Source of the DNA: the human T2T-CHM13v2.0 reference genome, Homo sapiens
NCBI RefSeq assembly: GCF_009914755.1
Contig: NC_060930.1
Length of the DNA: 64,000 bases
Direction: 5' to 3' (one strand)
In this document: in pieces, positions 1 to 13,146 of the stretch
Position numbering within the stretch: position 1 is the first letter of the stretch
Layout of the letters: each line of letters opens with the position of its first letter
Made by a program: the position numbers and the translations under genes
Notes under the pieces: generated by a model
Told to the model about the DNA's origin: nothing
Databases searched by the model: none
Seen by the model: the letters and a program-made list of their open reading frames with translations, nothing else

Positions 1-3000
1 GTAATATGCTTTTAACTTCCTGCCCACAATTTTGAGAATTTCAAACTAGCAGCATGGGTCAAGCGCATGGCTGGGTATCAAAACAAAAACACTGAGACAC
101 TCTACACAACAAAATGCAAAGCGACATCTGGTATGTTCCCATCTCTCCAGGGTCCTCATGATGCTGAGCTTTTGAGCATTCTAAAGGTACACTTGGGGAA
201 CTTGCGTCTGCAAGACCGACTTCTTTTTCTGTCTCTCTTTTTCTTAAAGAGTAGTGAGTAAAATCATTACCAAACAAACAAAAAACAGTTATCATTACAG
301 AGGGATCTCTATTAAAGAAGCAATGAAAGGCTAGCACTACTGTGGGCTGGATGAAAATAAATAGCTGGATTGAAAAGTCAATGAATTACCAACATTGACC
401 CACATTTCTCTAGACTTTAATTAACTGACATCATCCCAATGAATAACATATGATAAATAAAATCTTAATACTAAAATACTAGGCAAAGGACAAAGGCTCT
501 CAACGTACGCATTTCTGTGATACAGAAGAGTAACAACGAATTGGCTAAAATTGCCGGCAGCTCAGCTAGATACCATTTTACTTATTTCAGATCAATGCTG
601 GGTTTCTCCCTCTTCGCCAAAGCTGAATGTGCATCACTCTGGCTTTTGCCCAGGTCCCCACATAGACTTTGATAAAATACTTACTCAGTCCACCTTCGGC
701 TATCACTCCTCCCTGAACTCGTCTATCCCCTCCATCCTCTTCTTCTCTTAACTATGCCTCTGCTCCATGAGACCCTCAGCTAAACATTGGAGGAGTCTTT
801 GAGAGCCATTCAAATGATCTGATGTTTTCCTAAAAATTAGTGTCTTTGAACAAATGAAGCTTTTGTGACCTATACATGTGTGTCCTATGGCCATTTGTAG
901 GAGTTGGTTCTAGGAAGGCTGCTGAAAATCCATTCACCAAAGGCTGATTCACTGGCTGGCCAACTTACCTAATCGTTTACTCAAAAGTTCTAAAATTTGA
1001 TTATTTATGAACTGCACAGTGTGGTCTTTGGTGTCCTGAGCTCTTCAGGTCCCCTCCTGGCCCCTCAGTGTACAACTGCCTGGAGCTGTTGCAGAAGGGA
1101 GCAGGGGCATAAACAATGAACATCCCTAAAATGCTCCTAGGAAGAGAAGAGGTGTTCACCTATAACCTGAAAAGTCCTTGAAATTCAATATAAAATACAG
1201 AAGATCCTAAAAGCTGATTAAAAGAAACATATTTTTGGTAAACCAACAAACAAAGAAAATGATTTGGAAAATGTTTTTTAAATCTGGAGTAACAGAAAAA
1301 CAACTAAAATAGAGATTAGAAAGAAATCGGTATAAGCCAAGAGTTCCCATATGGAATTTTGAAGTTTAGGTTATATTTATAACAATAGACGTACAAGTAT
1401 ATTAAAGAAGAAAACGTTCTTAAGAAGATGAATTCACCTGTATTTCATAACTTTCAACAAATTGATCATTCATTAAAATCTGCTAAGAAATTATTGACCA
1501 TTTTGAGAATAATCAAATACAGAATACAATAAAAATACTTGAATAAATTCCAAAAGAATGTTTCAAAACAATATTATTCCTTATATTAGTAAATGTGGTA
1601 AAAATCAGCAAAATAGTAAGTGAGAAAATTCAATGGTATCCATATGAGGTGTGTGTTGGTGGAAAAGAACATTTACGGGTTTGAAACCCAGGCATGAATT
1701 ATCAAAATGAGTCTCAAGAAAATGGCAGTAGCAGCATTTACTTACAATTTTAAATTCCTTCTACTGGCTGATACTGATGCCCTGAAATGGTTTCGATCAA
1801 CCGTCTTTAAGTAGACCCCTTTACATATATATTGTATACAGTATGCAAATTCTAAATGTAAACTATCAAGAATAATACATGTATAAAAAATAAATCATCA
1901 AAATTTTAAGTTCTTTATGGTAATCCTTTTTTATATGTTTATTTTTATATGTTTACTATGTTTTTTATATGTTTATTTTTACCTTAACCTGGCTCTTTTG
2001 GAAGTATTAGCTTTGGTAAAAGGGAAAAAGAGGAAAATATTTTAACCTTTCTCACTTCTCTATCGACTGGCTCTTTGCGAGGTGAGTGTGCATCATTTGT
2101 GTGTGGATGAGAGCCCGTGATAAGGACCAAGGAGAACACAAGCAAAGAGAGTGGGCGTGAAAAGGAGATGAAGTAAGAAGCGTCCACAAGGCCAAGAGAA
2201 ATCTCGTGGCAGAACAGATGGTGGCGTGAAGGGCGACAGTGAACACGGGGGCCACCCTGGCTTTGGTAGATGCCAGACATGCATTGTGTTCTGCACACTT
2301 TCCACCCTGGAGCTTATGAATCCACACAGAAACCAGCTTCGCTGTAGATTTAACACTGTAACGCGATGCAAAACAGAATGCATGGTGGCCGGTTCCACTC
2401 TCACTGTCGGGACATCCAAAACATGCCCTACAAATACTGTCAATAACATAAAATAATGCGTAATGCCTCCTCCACTGTGCTTTCAAAGCACTGAAACGCC
2501 TGATAACCAAATCTACAATAAGCAAAGAGGGGATATCACACACTTAGGCAAAAACACCCCATGTGAAAACTAGAAAGTAAGCTTAGGTCTATTCTAAGAC
2601 TTGAATTTCTTACATAAATGTGAGAGTAATTTTGATAACAAGAGAGGTAAGAAGACTCCTGGCCAACAATTAATCTGTAACAAATATTAAGCTTAGGAAT
2701 GATTTTACATTTAGACTGTATTTCTTAATAAATTTCCTCACATAAATTGTGCCTAATCTATAAACTAATTTTAAACAAAATCCATCATGCCAGGCACTTT
2801 ACATCTTACTCTATTTATTGCACCATTTCTCATCAGAAACCTTTTAGCTTTAATGCTATTCCATGGCAGAGTATCTCATTAGAGTGGCAAAGATAAAGTT
2901 CTTTTTGAGATAAAGTAATTACGGTGATTGTAGCGGGGAGGGGGTCACCCAAAGTTCTTGGCTACAGTAATCTCCTGGCTTCTGATTCATTTTAAGACCA

Positions 3001-4794
3001 ATAAACTGAGTACAAACAAAAAGATGTTAATGGTGGATAACTCTGGTTACCTAGAGTTTGTCCTGGAGGGATTAGCAATTCATAACCTTAATCAGAACTA
3101 GAGTCCTGGAGAATTTTGCTCCCAGGAAAATATTTCAAGACCAGATGCTGTATGTGCTCTCAGCTCACTTCTATGTCAATTCTATCTTCTAATTATTATT
3201 AAAGTCAATCAAGTATTTCACTCTATAAAAAGCCTTACTATATTTTAAGCCAATTTTCTGTTCCAAAGACTAGTCAGTTACTTCCTATCCCAGGGGCTTT
3301 GCTTTCTTGAGGAGGCACAAGTCAGTTGAAATATGGGCTATGGCCAAGACAATGATAGTAGCAAGGGACAGGACTCCTCAGCCATGATCAGAAAGAGTAC
3401 TGTTAGGATTTAGTGAGAAGCCTTCAGGGGAAGGAGGAGGCTTGGTTTTCAAATCATGCCAAGGGACAGACTTACCATTGCCATGGAGTCAAATTAACCT
3501 TACCAGCCCAGTCAAAATAATTAAAAATTAATACAGTCTCTGATAAAGTTTGTTGATATAAATTGGTGCTAGGGAAATATTTCAAGGAAACAATGACATG
3601 AGTTATTTTAAATTATTAATTTCATTGGTCAGGAACCCAATCAGAATTAAATATGCACATATAAAACAACCTCCCTTGTGTGTTCAACTCTGTCTCATTT
3701 CTGCATGGACCTCAGTGGATGACTTTTGAAGAAGCAGATGAAAAGTGAATGCTTGCCAATTAGCTATTGTTCACCGTTTTCCAGTAAGCATTCATATTTC
3801 TAAAGGATTATAGTCTAGTCCAAACTCTGATCAAGGTCACCATGCAAGAAAGAGGATATTCTGATATGGAGATGAAGAAAACTTGAGTCCGGGTTGGTTC
3901 TCAACTTACCTATGAGGTCAGGTGAAAACTTCAGACATCAGTTCCCCATGCCTAACATCAGGACAAAATTAACTATCCATTTCCTTTACAATTTGTTAGA
4001 GTATCATATTAAATGTGAAACATGATTAAACTGGAGCATCACATTTGAAAAGCAACTCATTATTATTACATGTAAATTTTAAATAGCATTCAGGAAATGT
4101 TAGAATTAAGAACAAATCACCAATAAAAACTTTAGAAGATTACCATTTAGACTCATGATATGAGTGGATCTCGTTGCAAACTGATTTTTCCAAATGAGAA
4201 AAAATACAATTATGCTTTCAAAAATAACCCAGGTGGCTAACCAGGTTCCAGTTTTCCTCCTTAGGTATAAAAATCTTGCTGAAGTTCACATAAACCACAT
4301 GCTGCTCACCTATAACTAGTCAGCCACACAAGATCCTATATTGTATTTTTGTTCTTGATCAGAGACAATTATGTAAGTTATCGATCCTTATAAAGTTCTA
4401 GAAAATGAAACCTCAGAATTGCCTATTATTCACACAGCAATCTTTACACTTGGCAAAGTTTAGCACCTACTCCATTATTGCAAAGCCTAAATTTGCTGGT
4501 GAATCAGTAGTGTGACTGGTCGGCTGATCCACAGAAATATTATTTGTAGGTGTTACTGAATGTGTATTTTTGTTATTGAAAAATTGAAACATCTGATCTT
4601 CTCCTATGGACTAGCTACACTAGATCTAGTTACTGTACTAAAATATGGATTATATAAGTTATCTTTGATTTAATTGTCCCTAAATCCATAAGCATATTTT
4701 TTTCAAGAGTATGTTTCAGTTATATTTTAAGTACAAGGGAAGTAGTTAGAAAATAGAACACTGATTACTAGATTTGTATAGTGAGGACTATATC

Positions 4795-4930
4795 CTAGTA
4801 AAGGCCAGGGCTATGGAAAAATACAAAGCAGATTTTTCACTCCTGGCTTCGATATTTATGAACTGTGTAACTTTGGGCTCATTACTTAACCTCATGGAGT
4901 CTCTTTGTAAAAACACTGGATGAGAATTGG
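4795..4930 (+). mobile_element. MIR SINE fragment
   Basis: Degenerate MIR core: 'tcctggcttc...tgtgtaactttgggc...ttacttaacctc'. Confidence 0.6.
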
Positions 4931-5089
4931 AGAAAAATAGAAATACAAGAATATAAGGATAAGGAAGGAAATCAGTACACTGTAGTGAAGCCATCATAAT
5001 TGCTATGCTTCATTTCATTATATGATGCCAGACAGAATTTCTAAAGGGTATGAATTCATGGAGTCAACATAGAAAATTTCGAATACAAA

Positions 5090-5480
5090 TGCTATTTATT
5101 CAGCATTACTTGATTCGTGTCTTTCTATGGACAAGGCACTTTGTGAGGTGTTAAACATAAACTAGAGACCCAAGCTGAAAGTTATCTGATCTTATAACAA
5201 GGCTTACAGGCTCTTCGAACATAGACAAGTAAGGACACTTTGGTAGAATGAAGGGCAGGAAGTGAATGATACCTGCAATACTGGAGTTGACATTTTGGCC
5301 CCTCAGGTAGGAAATGAAGAGAGGAGAGGCCAACAGCTCTAGAAAAACTTCAGAGAAGGGTCAATGATATGCAGAGCAGAAAACAGTGCTTGGGGAAGAA
5401 ACAGCATGAATTTAAATATCAAAGGTGGAGCATCTCTGGGAACTGAGAAAAATCCCAGGTGGTCACATGACTGGGCTTTG
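5090..5480 (-). mobile_element. L2 LINE 3' fragment
   Basis: 'atttattcagcattacttga...caaggcactttgtgaggtg' followed by the purine-rich texture typical of antisense L2. Confidence 0.55.
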
Positions 5481-5729
5481 GAGATAGAGGTGGAGCCGAG
5501 ACTACAAAACACAGGGATTGAACATCCCTCCCAGGATGCTGGGCCTGGGGAGCAGGGTGGCATGACATCATCACAGAGCCTCAGCCTGAGATGGAAATGC
5601 TCACAGCCTCTTGATGCAGAGCAGTAGAGGTAGGGGTGGTTTTACTTCTCTGAAATCAGTTAGCCAAAGCCTAGATTGATTTCATACATGAGTATATATA
5701 AATATATATACATACATACATAAAATAGT

Positions 5730-5925
5730 AATATTAATAGAATAACAATAAAGAATTTTACATTTCTAAATATTTATGTTCTGGCTACTGTTCTAAGTAC
5801 TCTTCGTAAATGAGCTAATCTGCACAAAAGGAAATAGATACTATTGTACCATTGAATAGATATTACCAAGTTGGCATAGGTAAGAGCAAAGGAAGTCAGG
5901 ATTCTAATGGGGCAGACTGGCTCTG
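5730..5925 (-). mobile_element. MIR SINE fragment
   Basis: 'tatgttctggctactgttctaagtactc...gtcaggattctaatggggcagactggctc' resembles antisense MIR. Confidence 0.55.
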
Positions 5926-6489
5926 GCTAACTGATTTCAGAGAAGTAAAACCACCCCTACCTCTACTGCTCTGCATCAAGAGGCTGTGAGCATCTCTTAG
6001 GCTCACAGGTCATCACCTCTCAGCCAAGCCTTACTGTTCCTGAGGATTACGACATGTCAGGCTCTGGTAAGTACCTACTATTAATGTACCATTTAGTCCC
6101 CACAACACTCTATTTTGGCTTGTTATGTTTAGGCCAATGCTACAGGTTGGTTTTCTTTCTGTTTTTCTATTTTTTTCCCACACAAAGCATATTATTAAAT
6201 GAGAAATCCCATGTAAAATTCCAGATTGATGATTTCTTTTGATTAAAAAGAAAACAATACAGCCATACTGAGTTTCCCTCTCACCTCTTGCCAGCAACTG
6301 GCAGAAGCGACTTTTCAACATGAATTCCACCTCACCCTTCCACTACTGTCCTCACCGCCCCCTACTGCCCACATCTAACCTAACTTCTCATCACCTGAGT
6401 GATCACTGTGGACATATGAGTATGTGACATCTATCGTAATTATATCTGTGTGTTAAAAAAAAAAAAAGCTGAAAAGCTAAAGGAGTTAA

Positions 6490-6680
6490 ATGTTTAGATT
6501 AGACAGTCCAGGTTCAACCTCCAAGTCCACACTCATAAGTTCCTCTTTTCTTGGGCAAATGCCTTAATCTCTTTAAGCCTTATTATCCTCACATCTAAAA
6601 TAGGGTTACTAATAATGCTTAACTGAGAGTGTTCTTATGAAATAATTAAACCAGATAATGCCTGAAAAGAATTTAGCTTG
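6490..6680 (+). mobile_element. MIR SINE
   Basis: MIR core: 'ttgggcaaatgccttaatctctttaagcct...cctcacatctaaaatagggttactaataatg'. Confidence 0.7.
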
Positions 6681-7124
6681 GAATTCAATATTCATTTTTA
6701 TTGCCATTTTTACCAAGAATACCAGGAAGTTGGTATAAATAGGTCATATATGCCACCTAAAGCAATCAGGACTTAGGCACAGATTGGGGTAGATGAGGTT
6801 GTGTCTTGTGTTGAGAAAGCCAGAGGAGAGGAGCAAGTGGAAGCAACCCCTCTTGGGGACATTGGGCCTGCAGCATGCTGCCCGGCAGGAGAGCTGCCCA
6901 AGAACTGTCCCAGAAAGAGCCCCGTGGGCATCATTCTTGTGTGGCTTTGACTCTATAAATGAATTTCTCTAGACAGCTGAAATGTTCATCAAAGTGAAAC
7001 ACTGAATCACAGCTTTCTGTAATTCCACCATTTTCTCAGGCCTGAGAAGATGGATCCATGATTTCTCCTTTATTAGGTGGATCTTTTGAGTTCTTTCACA
7101 GGCCCCGTAACACCCATTCTACAG

Positions 7125-7500
7125 GGCTGCCACCTTGACCCTGGCCCACAGCTCCTCATCTGCGAACCAGATGAAATGCGCCTTAATTAGCCTCTTGTCT
7201 TTCACCTGTCCCCATCTTCAAGTCTAATGGCAAACTGTCCTCAGCATGAACTGTCCTCAATAGCGTTTGACACATCACCCTGGTTTATACAATTTTGCTG
7301 TGGTTTCCGTCAGCTTGCAGAATAGAATCTGAACATGCCAGTCATCACTGGGGTTCCTGGCTGGTGCCTGGGGTATTTACCCACACTTGCACACCTGACT
7401 GCCCCCAGCACTGTGTCCTTGACACCCCCGTGTCTGTGTTCTCTCCACCGCGGGGACTGGACACGCTTGGCCTGCATGCCCTCTATTGCAACCACATCAC
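7125..7500 (+). mobile_element. L2 LINE fragment
   Basis: Degenerate L2 3' region: 'tgacacatcaccctgg...tggtttcc...cagaatagaatctgaac'. Confidence 0.55.
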
Positions 7501-7550
7501 ATCCAGCCAAATCCCTTGGAGCCACCGAGCCGGAACCTGACACTTTCTAT

Positions 7551-7868
7551 CGGGGTCAGCAAACCTGTTCTCTAAAGAACCAGTGAGTATGTATTGCAGG
7601 CTTTGTAGGCCACCCAGTCTGTTTCCCAGCTACTCCACTCTGCACTTAAAGCAGGAAAGGAGCTGTAGGCAACATGTACAGAAATGGGTGGGGCTGGCTC
7701 TCCATTAAACTTTATTTATGGACATGAGAATGTAAATTTCATGGGTCACATAATGTTATTCATCTTTTGATTTTTCCCAACCATTTAAAGCCATAAAAAC
7801 CAACTTTGCGTCAGGGGCTGCACAGAAACAAGCAGTGGCCACAGCAGACTTCAGTTGACTGACCCTTG
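7551..7868 (+). mobile_element. MER58B-like hAT-Charlie DNA transposon (full-length non-autonomous)
   Basis: Terminal inverted repeats cggggtcagcaaac...gttgactgacccttg. 8-bp target-site duplication ctttctat/ctttatat (7/8 match). Confidence 0.85.
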
Positions 7869-7904
7869 CTTTATATGCATACTGTTTGCTGATCCATACT
7901 CTTT

Positions 7905-8100
7905 TTTTACTTTTTAAAATTAAGGTATAACGTACATTTGGTGCACCAATCTTAACGCAACAGCCCAGTGAATGTTGACTTTTGTATATAACCATGCTAC
8001 CATCACACAGATCAAGATACAAAACATTTTTAGCAGCCTAAGGTTCCTAAATGGTCCCTTCTAATCACACCGTAACAGAAGCCCAACCTCTTTTTGCTGC
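7905..8100 (-). mobile_element. Old L1M (L1MC/MD-like) 3' end fragment
   Basis: 'aattaaggtataacgtacat...tgcaccaatcttaa...accatcacacagatcaagatac' is typical of an antisense L1M 3'UTR. Confidence 0.65.
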
Positions 8101-8368
8101 CAAAGCACTCTCCATACTTCCTTTCATAGGCCTGGATAAAGTAATGGGGAAACAACCCTGTGTAATCTAAACTTTCACAGAGCAGAAAGAAATCCAGAAG
8201 ACAAAGGCGCATAAACGAAACTTCGGCTATCATTAACTATCACAACCACAGAAGAGAATGTCTTTTCTTTTCAAAGACGGGTGATACATCATTAGAAAAA
8301 CTGAAAGGCAATGTGTTAGTACACATTCATTTTCCTGGCAGTCTCATGCTGACACTGCATTTCCTTAC

Positions 8369-8490
8369 CTGGGTCAAGGTGAGCGTTGCCTGCCTGCAGG
8401 TGCTGCACTGTACCCTGAGTTTTCCCGGCTGCACTCTTTGACAGGGGCCTTTGCAATACACATAAAAGCTGTTGTAGATTGATCTACCTG
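8369..8490 (-). CDS. PRKN: Parkin RBR E3 ubiquitin ligase, coding exon 4 (122 bp; N-terminal part of the RING0 domain)
   Basis: The minus strand reads ttttcttctccag|CAGGTAGATCAATC...ACCTTGACCCAG|gtaagg. Translation (phase-1 start) gives (A)[40 protein letters not shown], recognised as parkin ~A138-Q178 with Zn ligands C150/C154/C166/C169 and K161/R163. Boundaries are canonical AG/GT. It is absent from the ORF track because it is an internal exon. Confidence 0.98.
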
Positions 8491-11124
8491 CTGGAGAAGA
8501 AAAAGCAGAGGAAGTGGCTAATAATGCTGCATCTAAATTGAGACAAGAAACTCTTTAAAAGCTTGTTAGAGGCAAATTTTAAAACTCAGTCTTCAGGAAC
8601 ATTTTGAAACATTACTGGAATAAATATTCCAATGGGAATACAACAATTTAATTTAGAAAATCTAACTTTATGCTCCAAGAGTGAAATCTTTTCTCTCTCT
8701 TGCCAACAGCCCTGTGACTTACTCAGCAAAGTAAGCAGCCTACTGCCAAGAGAATCGGGCAAGTGTATCTGCAACACAGTAAAATCAGAGGCACTCTTTG
8801 CCGAGGAAGTTTGAAAAGATGACAGGAATTCTTTCAGGATGCTCCTGAATTCTATCTCGTGCTTCCGGACACAGTTTTGAAGACTGCAGATTTTTCCTCA
8901 TAATATCTACAGAGAAAAACCAGCCCATTTATCGTGATATAAATGATATGATCACAGTTTGCTGGGCTTCTAGGGTTGACTTTCTAACTCACAGTCACAC
9001 ATAAAATAAGAAAAGAGGCCAACGCTGAGGAACTTTCAGAGACCAAGCAGCTATGTGCAGAAATGGATGGTTTGCATTTCATTTATGATCTCTCTACCTA
9101 GGCAAACACCATTCAAATAATACATTTTCAAGAGTAAAAGGTGAACAAACAACTAATTCAATAGTTCAATCTCAGATCATTTCTCTCAACTGTCACCATA
9201 TAGGGACACTCTGTAAACTAGGGAAATTTAATCAATTTATACTTCCATATCTGTTAAGAATTAACTTTATTCAGAAGCACTTACCAGAAATACAACCTTC
9301 TTCCTGAATTTCTAAATTTTGAAAATTACTAAATAGTTTTTTCTTTTAATCCTTACCTGGGTGGATAATATAACAGATCATGACATAAAAGTTTCTTTGA
9401 AATTTTACTATGATCATCAGAGGCATCTAGAGATAATATATTTTTTTTTAACATTTGGAATGAAAATCTTCAGCCTCACAAATGCATATGATCTATTAAA
9501 AACAACTAGAACAAAAATAATGAAAAAAATGAGATTCTAAAGTCCTTTGCAGCTTCATTTCCCGAATTTACAAAAAGAGCTTTTGCAGACATATTGGATT
9601 ATCATTTGTTTAGCTATCTTTCCTAATACTGTAGGTGACAATACTTTGCAAAATCTGAAGCACAACAAAGATGTAAAGTTTCATGGTTTTATCATTTGTT
9701 TGCAATATATTTTATAATTATTACTCTATAAAGATTAATATTTAGTTTCCAGTGGGAAATGGAAGATAAAATGTAAATACATGTTTATATTGATGTGAAA
9801 GTACTATTTTCTGACACTTCTGTGTAACTTTAATGCCCTAATGTACAACATATTCAAGTACATAAATATGACATTGCTGTTAGCAAACATAATAATGACA
9901 TAAAATGTTTCACATGTAATATAAATGCAGCATAGAACCATGTATTAATGTTATAGAAATATTTGTAACAACTGACTGAAATATCTGTAATATGTAAGTA
10001 AATGTTAATGGAAATATTTGTAACATAAATATTTGCAACATGCAGAGTATCAAAAGATCACAAGAACTGTGACAATTCTGACGTGCACTAAGAAGTGCGT
10101 AGAAGAAGAAGTGCTTAGAAGAAGAACCTTTACTGTTAAAACCTTTATCAGCAACAGGAACAAATCCAATTTCACAATTTTTATAACCTTTTGTAAAGGT
10201 CAAACAATAAAAAGAAAAAAGGAGGAAGAAAAGGAACAGGAAAAGCAAAAGCTTTGAAAGGGGAGTCAGGGCTGCAAATACGCTAGCATTGTTGAAAGAG
10301 CATATTAGCAAGAGTTTTACAATATTAAAAGAAGCATCTCAGAAATTGCAGGAAACTAAGTGACTCTTCTCTCTCCCTTAAGGCAATAGTGATGTTTGCA
10401 ATATTGTTTCAGCTAATGATATATCAACGCAGAATCTGAAAGCTAAGGAACTTTTCCACCTCCGAATGCTACTACCTTCGCTGAAGTCCTTCAGAAGTTA
10501 TTCAGAAAATACTGTATGCCAATGTCTGTGCCCTAGAAGCATACAAGATGACATGCAATCTATTACACACACTGCTTTCCAGACCCAGCCACAAGTTGGG
10601 GATTAACAGCCAGTCTAAGGAAGATCAAGGTCAGGCCAGTCGTGGCTGCAGCGCTTTTCAAGCTGTTGGCTCCACTTGGTCAAGCAGCTGGGGCATCAGG
10701 TAAATCTTGAGAGCCCCTCCAGAACGGCTTCCCTATTTATTTAGCTACATAACACAATTAAAAGTTGGCAAGGTTTTCTGTGTCATGCTGTGACCTGGAC
10801 AGGCATGAAAACAAATAACACCCCGACAATCTTCTGGGCAAGGTTCCCATCGGCCTGGCTGAAGGGCCTAAAGTAGAAACTCTTGAATATGGAGTCATAA
10901 CTCTTAGAGGAATGGCAAGGCAATTCCAAAAATGACCTGAGAAACCTTTCTTGTGGTATGTAGCTGTCTCTAGTCAATAGCATGAATCTCACCCTTTCAC
11001 TTGTTCTTGGACCTTAAAATCCTTTCTCTCTCCTAATCAACTCTTCTGTATGGCAGCTTCTTGATTATCCCAATAACTAAAGTAGCTTATGTTTGTGTTC
11101 ATAAGAGTTTCCTCTTTTTGTATA

Positions 11125-11378
11125 GTAAGTTTTGAAACATAGAGAGATATTTCAAAAATTGTACAAATCACATCCTTCATTGTAATTCATCACTTGCAGA
11201 TATTTCGCCACGTTTGGGTTCCCTGTGCGCGTGTGTGTGCATATAGCTGTGTACACATATACTACATGTATAAACTATTTGGTTGAAGGATCTGTAACAC
11301 AGTTTCTGACATCATGCTACTTCACCTCTAAATTCTTCAACATCCTAAAACTAGGGATGTTTTTCATATAAAACCATT
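11125..11378 (-). mobile_element. Old L1M (L1MC-like) 3' fragment
   Basis: 'gacatcatgctacttcacctctaaattcttca...ctaaaactagggatg' is L1MC-type 3'UTR. Confidence 0.55.
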
Positions 11379-12091
11379 TAGCTTTTTAAGTGATTTGGTT
11401 ATTTTGTAGTTCTATTCATAGACTAATCAGGTATATTTTAAGTAGGCATTACAGAAAATGACAGTGGTTTGCAAGCTAATAAAAGATGACAATAAAAAAT
11501 ATTGGGGATTCTCTCGTCAAACCAATTTAGGTGGTGCTAAGTGAAGCCACATTAAACAAGTCCCCTGACCATACCCCTTCTCAGAGCTGAGTGACTCTGT
11601 AAAAATGAAAGGATGAAGCACAGGACATCTCAAACTTCTCCTGACCATAGATGCCTTCCTGGAATGCTGCATCGTGTGACACTGTACTTCTCAGAAAAAA
11701 ACAATTTAGAAAAAAATATCAGATGAAGGATTCAATCCACTTGTAGGGCTTGATTTATAGAAAGTGAAACTGCTCATGTTTATAAACCCAGATTTACCAA
11801 ATTCTCCTGGATATCTGCCTACGGCCAAGTTCTTTCCTCCAACCCAAAACATCAACGAACTCATATAATTACTTTGTCATGTGCCAGGAGGTTAAGTCTA
11901 CTTATGTAATGATTTTGCAAATAAAGTATGTTAATTTTATTCAGAAGTTTTGTTTTTTTTTTTTCCTGCAGAGAAGTTAAAAAGAAAAGTGTACTGAGTT
12001 CAGGGCCCTTTTAAAGCGTGAGTCACCGTGGCCATTCAGAGGTCCACTGGCTTTCTACCATTCCTTAGCCTAAGAAGTCCATCTTCTTCTT

Positions 12092-12398
12092 CTTTTTTTT
12101 TTTTCTTTTTTCTTTTTTGAGATGGAGTCTCGCTGTGTTGCCCAGACTGGAGTGGAATGGTACAATCTCGGCTCACTGCAACTTCCTCCTCTTGGGTTCA
12201 AGTGATTCTCCTGCCTCAACCTCCTGAGTAGCTGGAACTACAGGCGTGCACCACCACACCCAGCTAATTTTGGTATTTTTAGTAGAGACAGGGTTTCACC
12301 ATGTTGGCCTGGATGGTCTTGATCTCTTGACCTCATGATCTGCCCACCTCAGCCTCTCAAAGTGCTGGGATTACATGCATGAGCCACCACGCCCGGCC
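12092..12398 (-). mobile_element. AluS (AluSc-like), full length
   Basis: Complete antisense dimer with 'ggatggtcttgatctcttgacctcatgat'. 17-bp TSD aagtccatcttcttctt at 12075-12091 and 12399-12415. Confidence 0.95.
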
Positions 12399-12904
12399 AA
12401 GTCCATCTTCTTCTTTAGTTTTCTCTCACGCTTTGCCTAACAGAACCCTCAGTCAAATCTTCTCTTTTCCTTTCTTTTCTTGGTCAAAAAAGTTGCTGAA
12501 ATAACAATGTTTACAACATATTGAATAGAGCCAATATTTGAAAATAGTATATTTTATTTGCTTGGGATTTTTTAGAAACCAGTATAATCTTTACAGTTAT
12601 CATTTTTCTTTTATGTATTTTAGATAATAGGCTTAAGGGTTGAAGACAGGATACTTAGGAAGAGTCGTTCTGATTCTAATGGAAACTTTTCATTAACCTG
12701 AGAAGTTTCCATCACTAGTTGTCACTGAGAATTTAATTGCTGGGATAATTTGTTTTCTAGGTGGGGAGAGAGTAAGATTTAACATATTTCTTACCTTGGT
12801 AAAATACTGTTCAGTATCAACATATTGTAACAGAGCAAAACAGCAGGAACAGGACGGATTTTAAGTGATATTTATCACATGAGCTATTAAAATATTAAGT
12901 AGAA

Positions 12905-13146
12905 CAATGTCACCCAAGAGAACTCTCTGCAATGATGAAAATGTTCTCCATTTGCACTATCTCATATTAATATATACACACACAGACACACACACACACG
13001 TACATAGCATATGTAGCCATTAGCTACAACTACCTATGGAGAACTTGAAACTTAGTGAGGAATTACTCTCTGAGTTTTATTAATTTAAAGTAGTTTCAAT
13101 TTAAATAGCTGTCTGTGGGTAGCAGCTACCAAACTAGAAAGCACAG
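12905..13146 (+). mobile_element. MER3-like hAT-Charlie DNA transposon with an internal CA-rich tract
   Basis: 'agaactctctgcaatgatgaaaatgttct...gtagccattagctac...atttaaatagc...gtagcagctacc'. Confidence 0.7.

Larger units (their letters stand above)
1..8368 (-). other. PRKN: PRKN intron 4 (5' portion)
   Basis: Begins with the GTAAGG donor at 8368 on the minus strand. No further parkin exon was recognised. Confidence 0.93.

Noticed and set aside
1984-2543. Overlapping ORFs up to 163 aa in a slightly CpG-richer patch
   Set aside because: Mostly non-ATG starts, no recognisable domain, and no convincing splice or promoter context.
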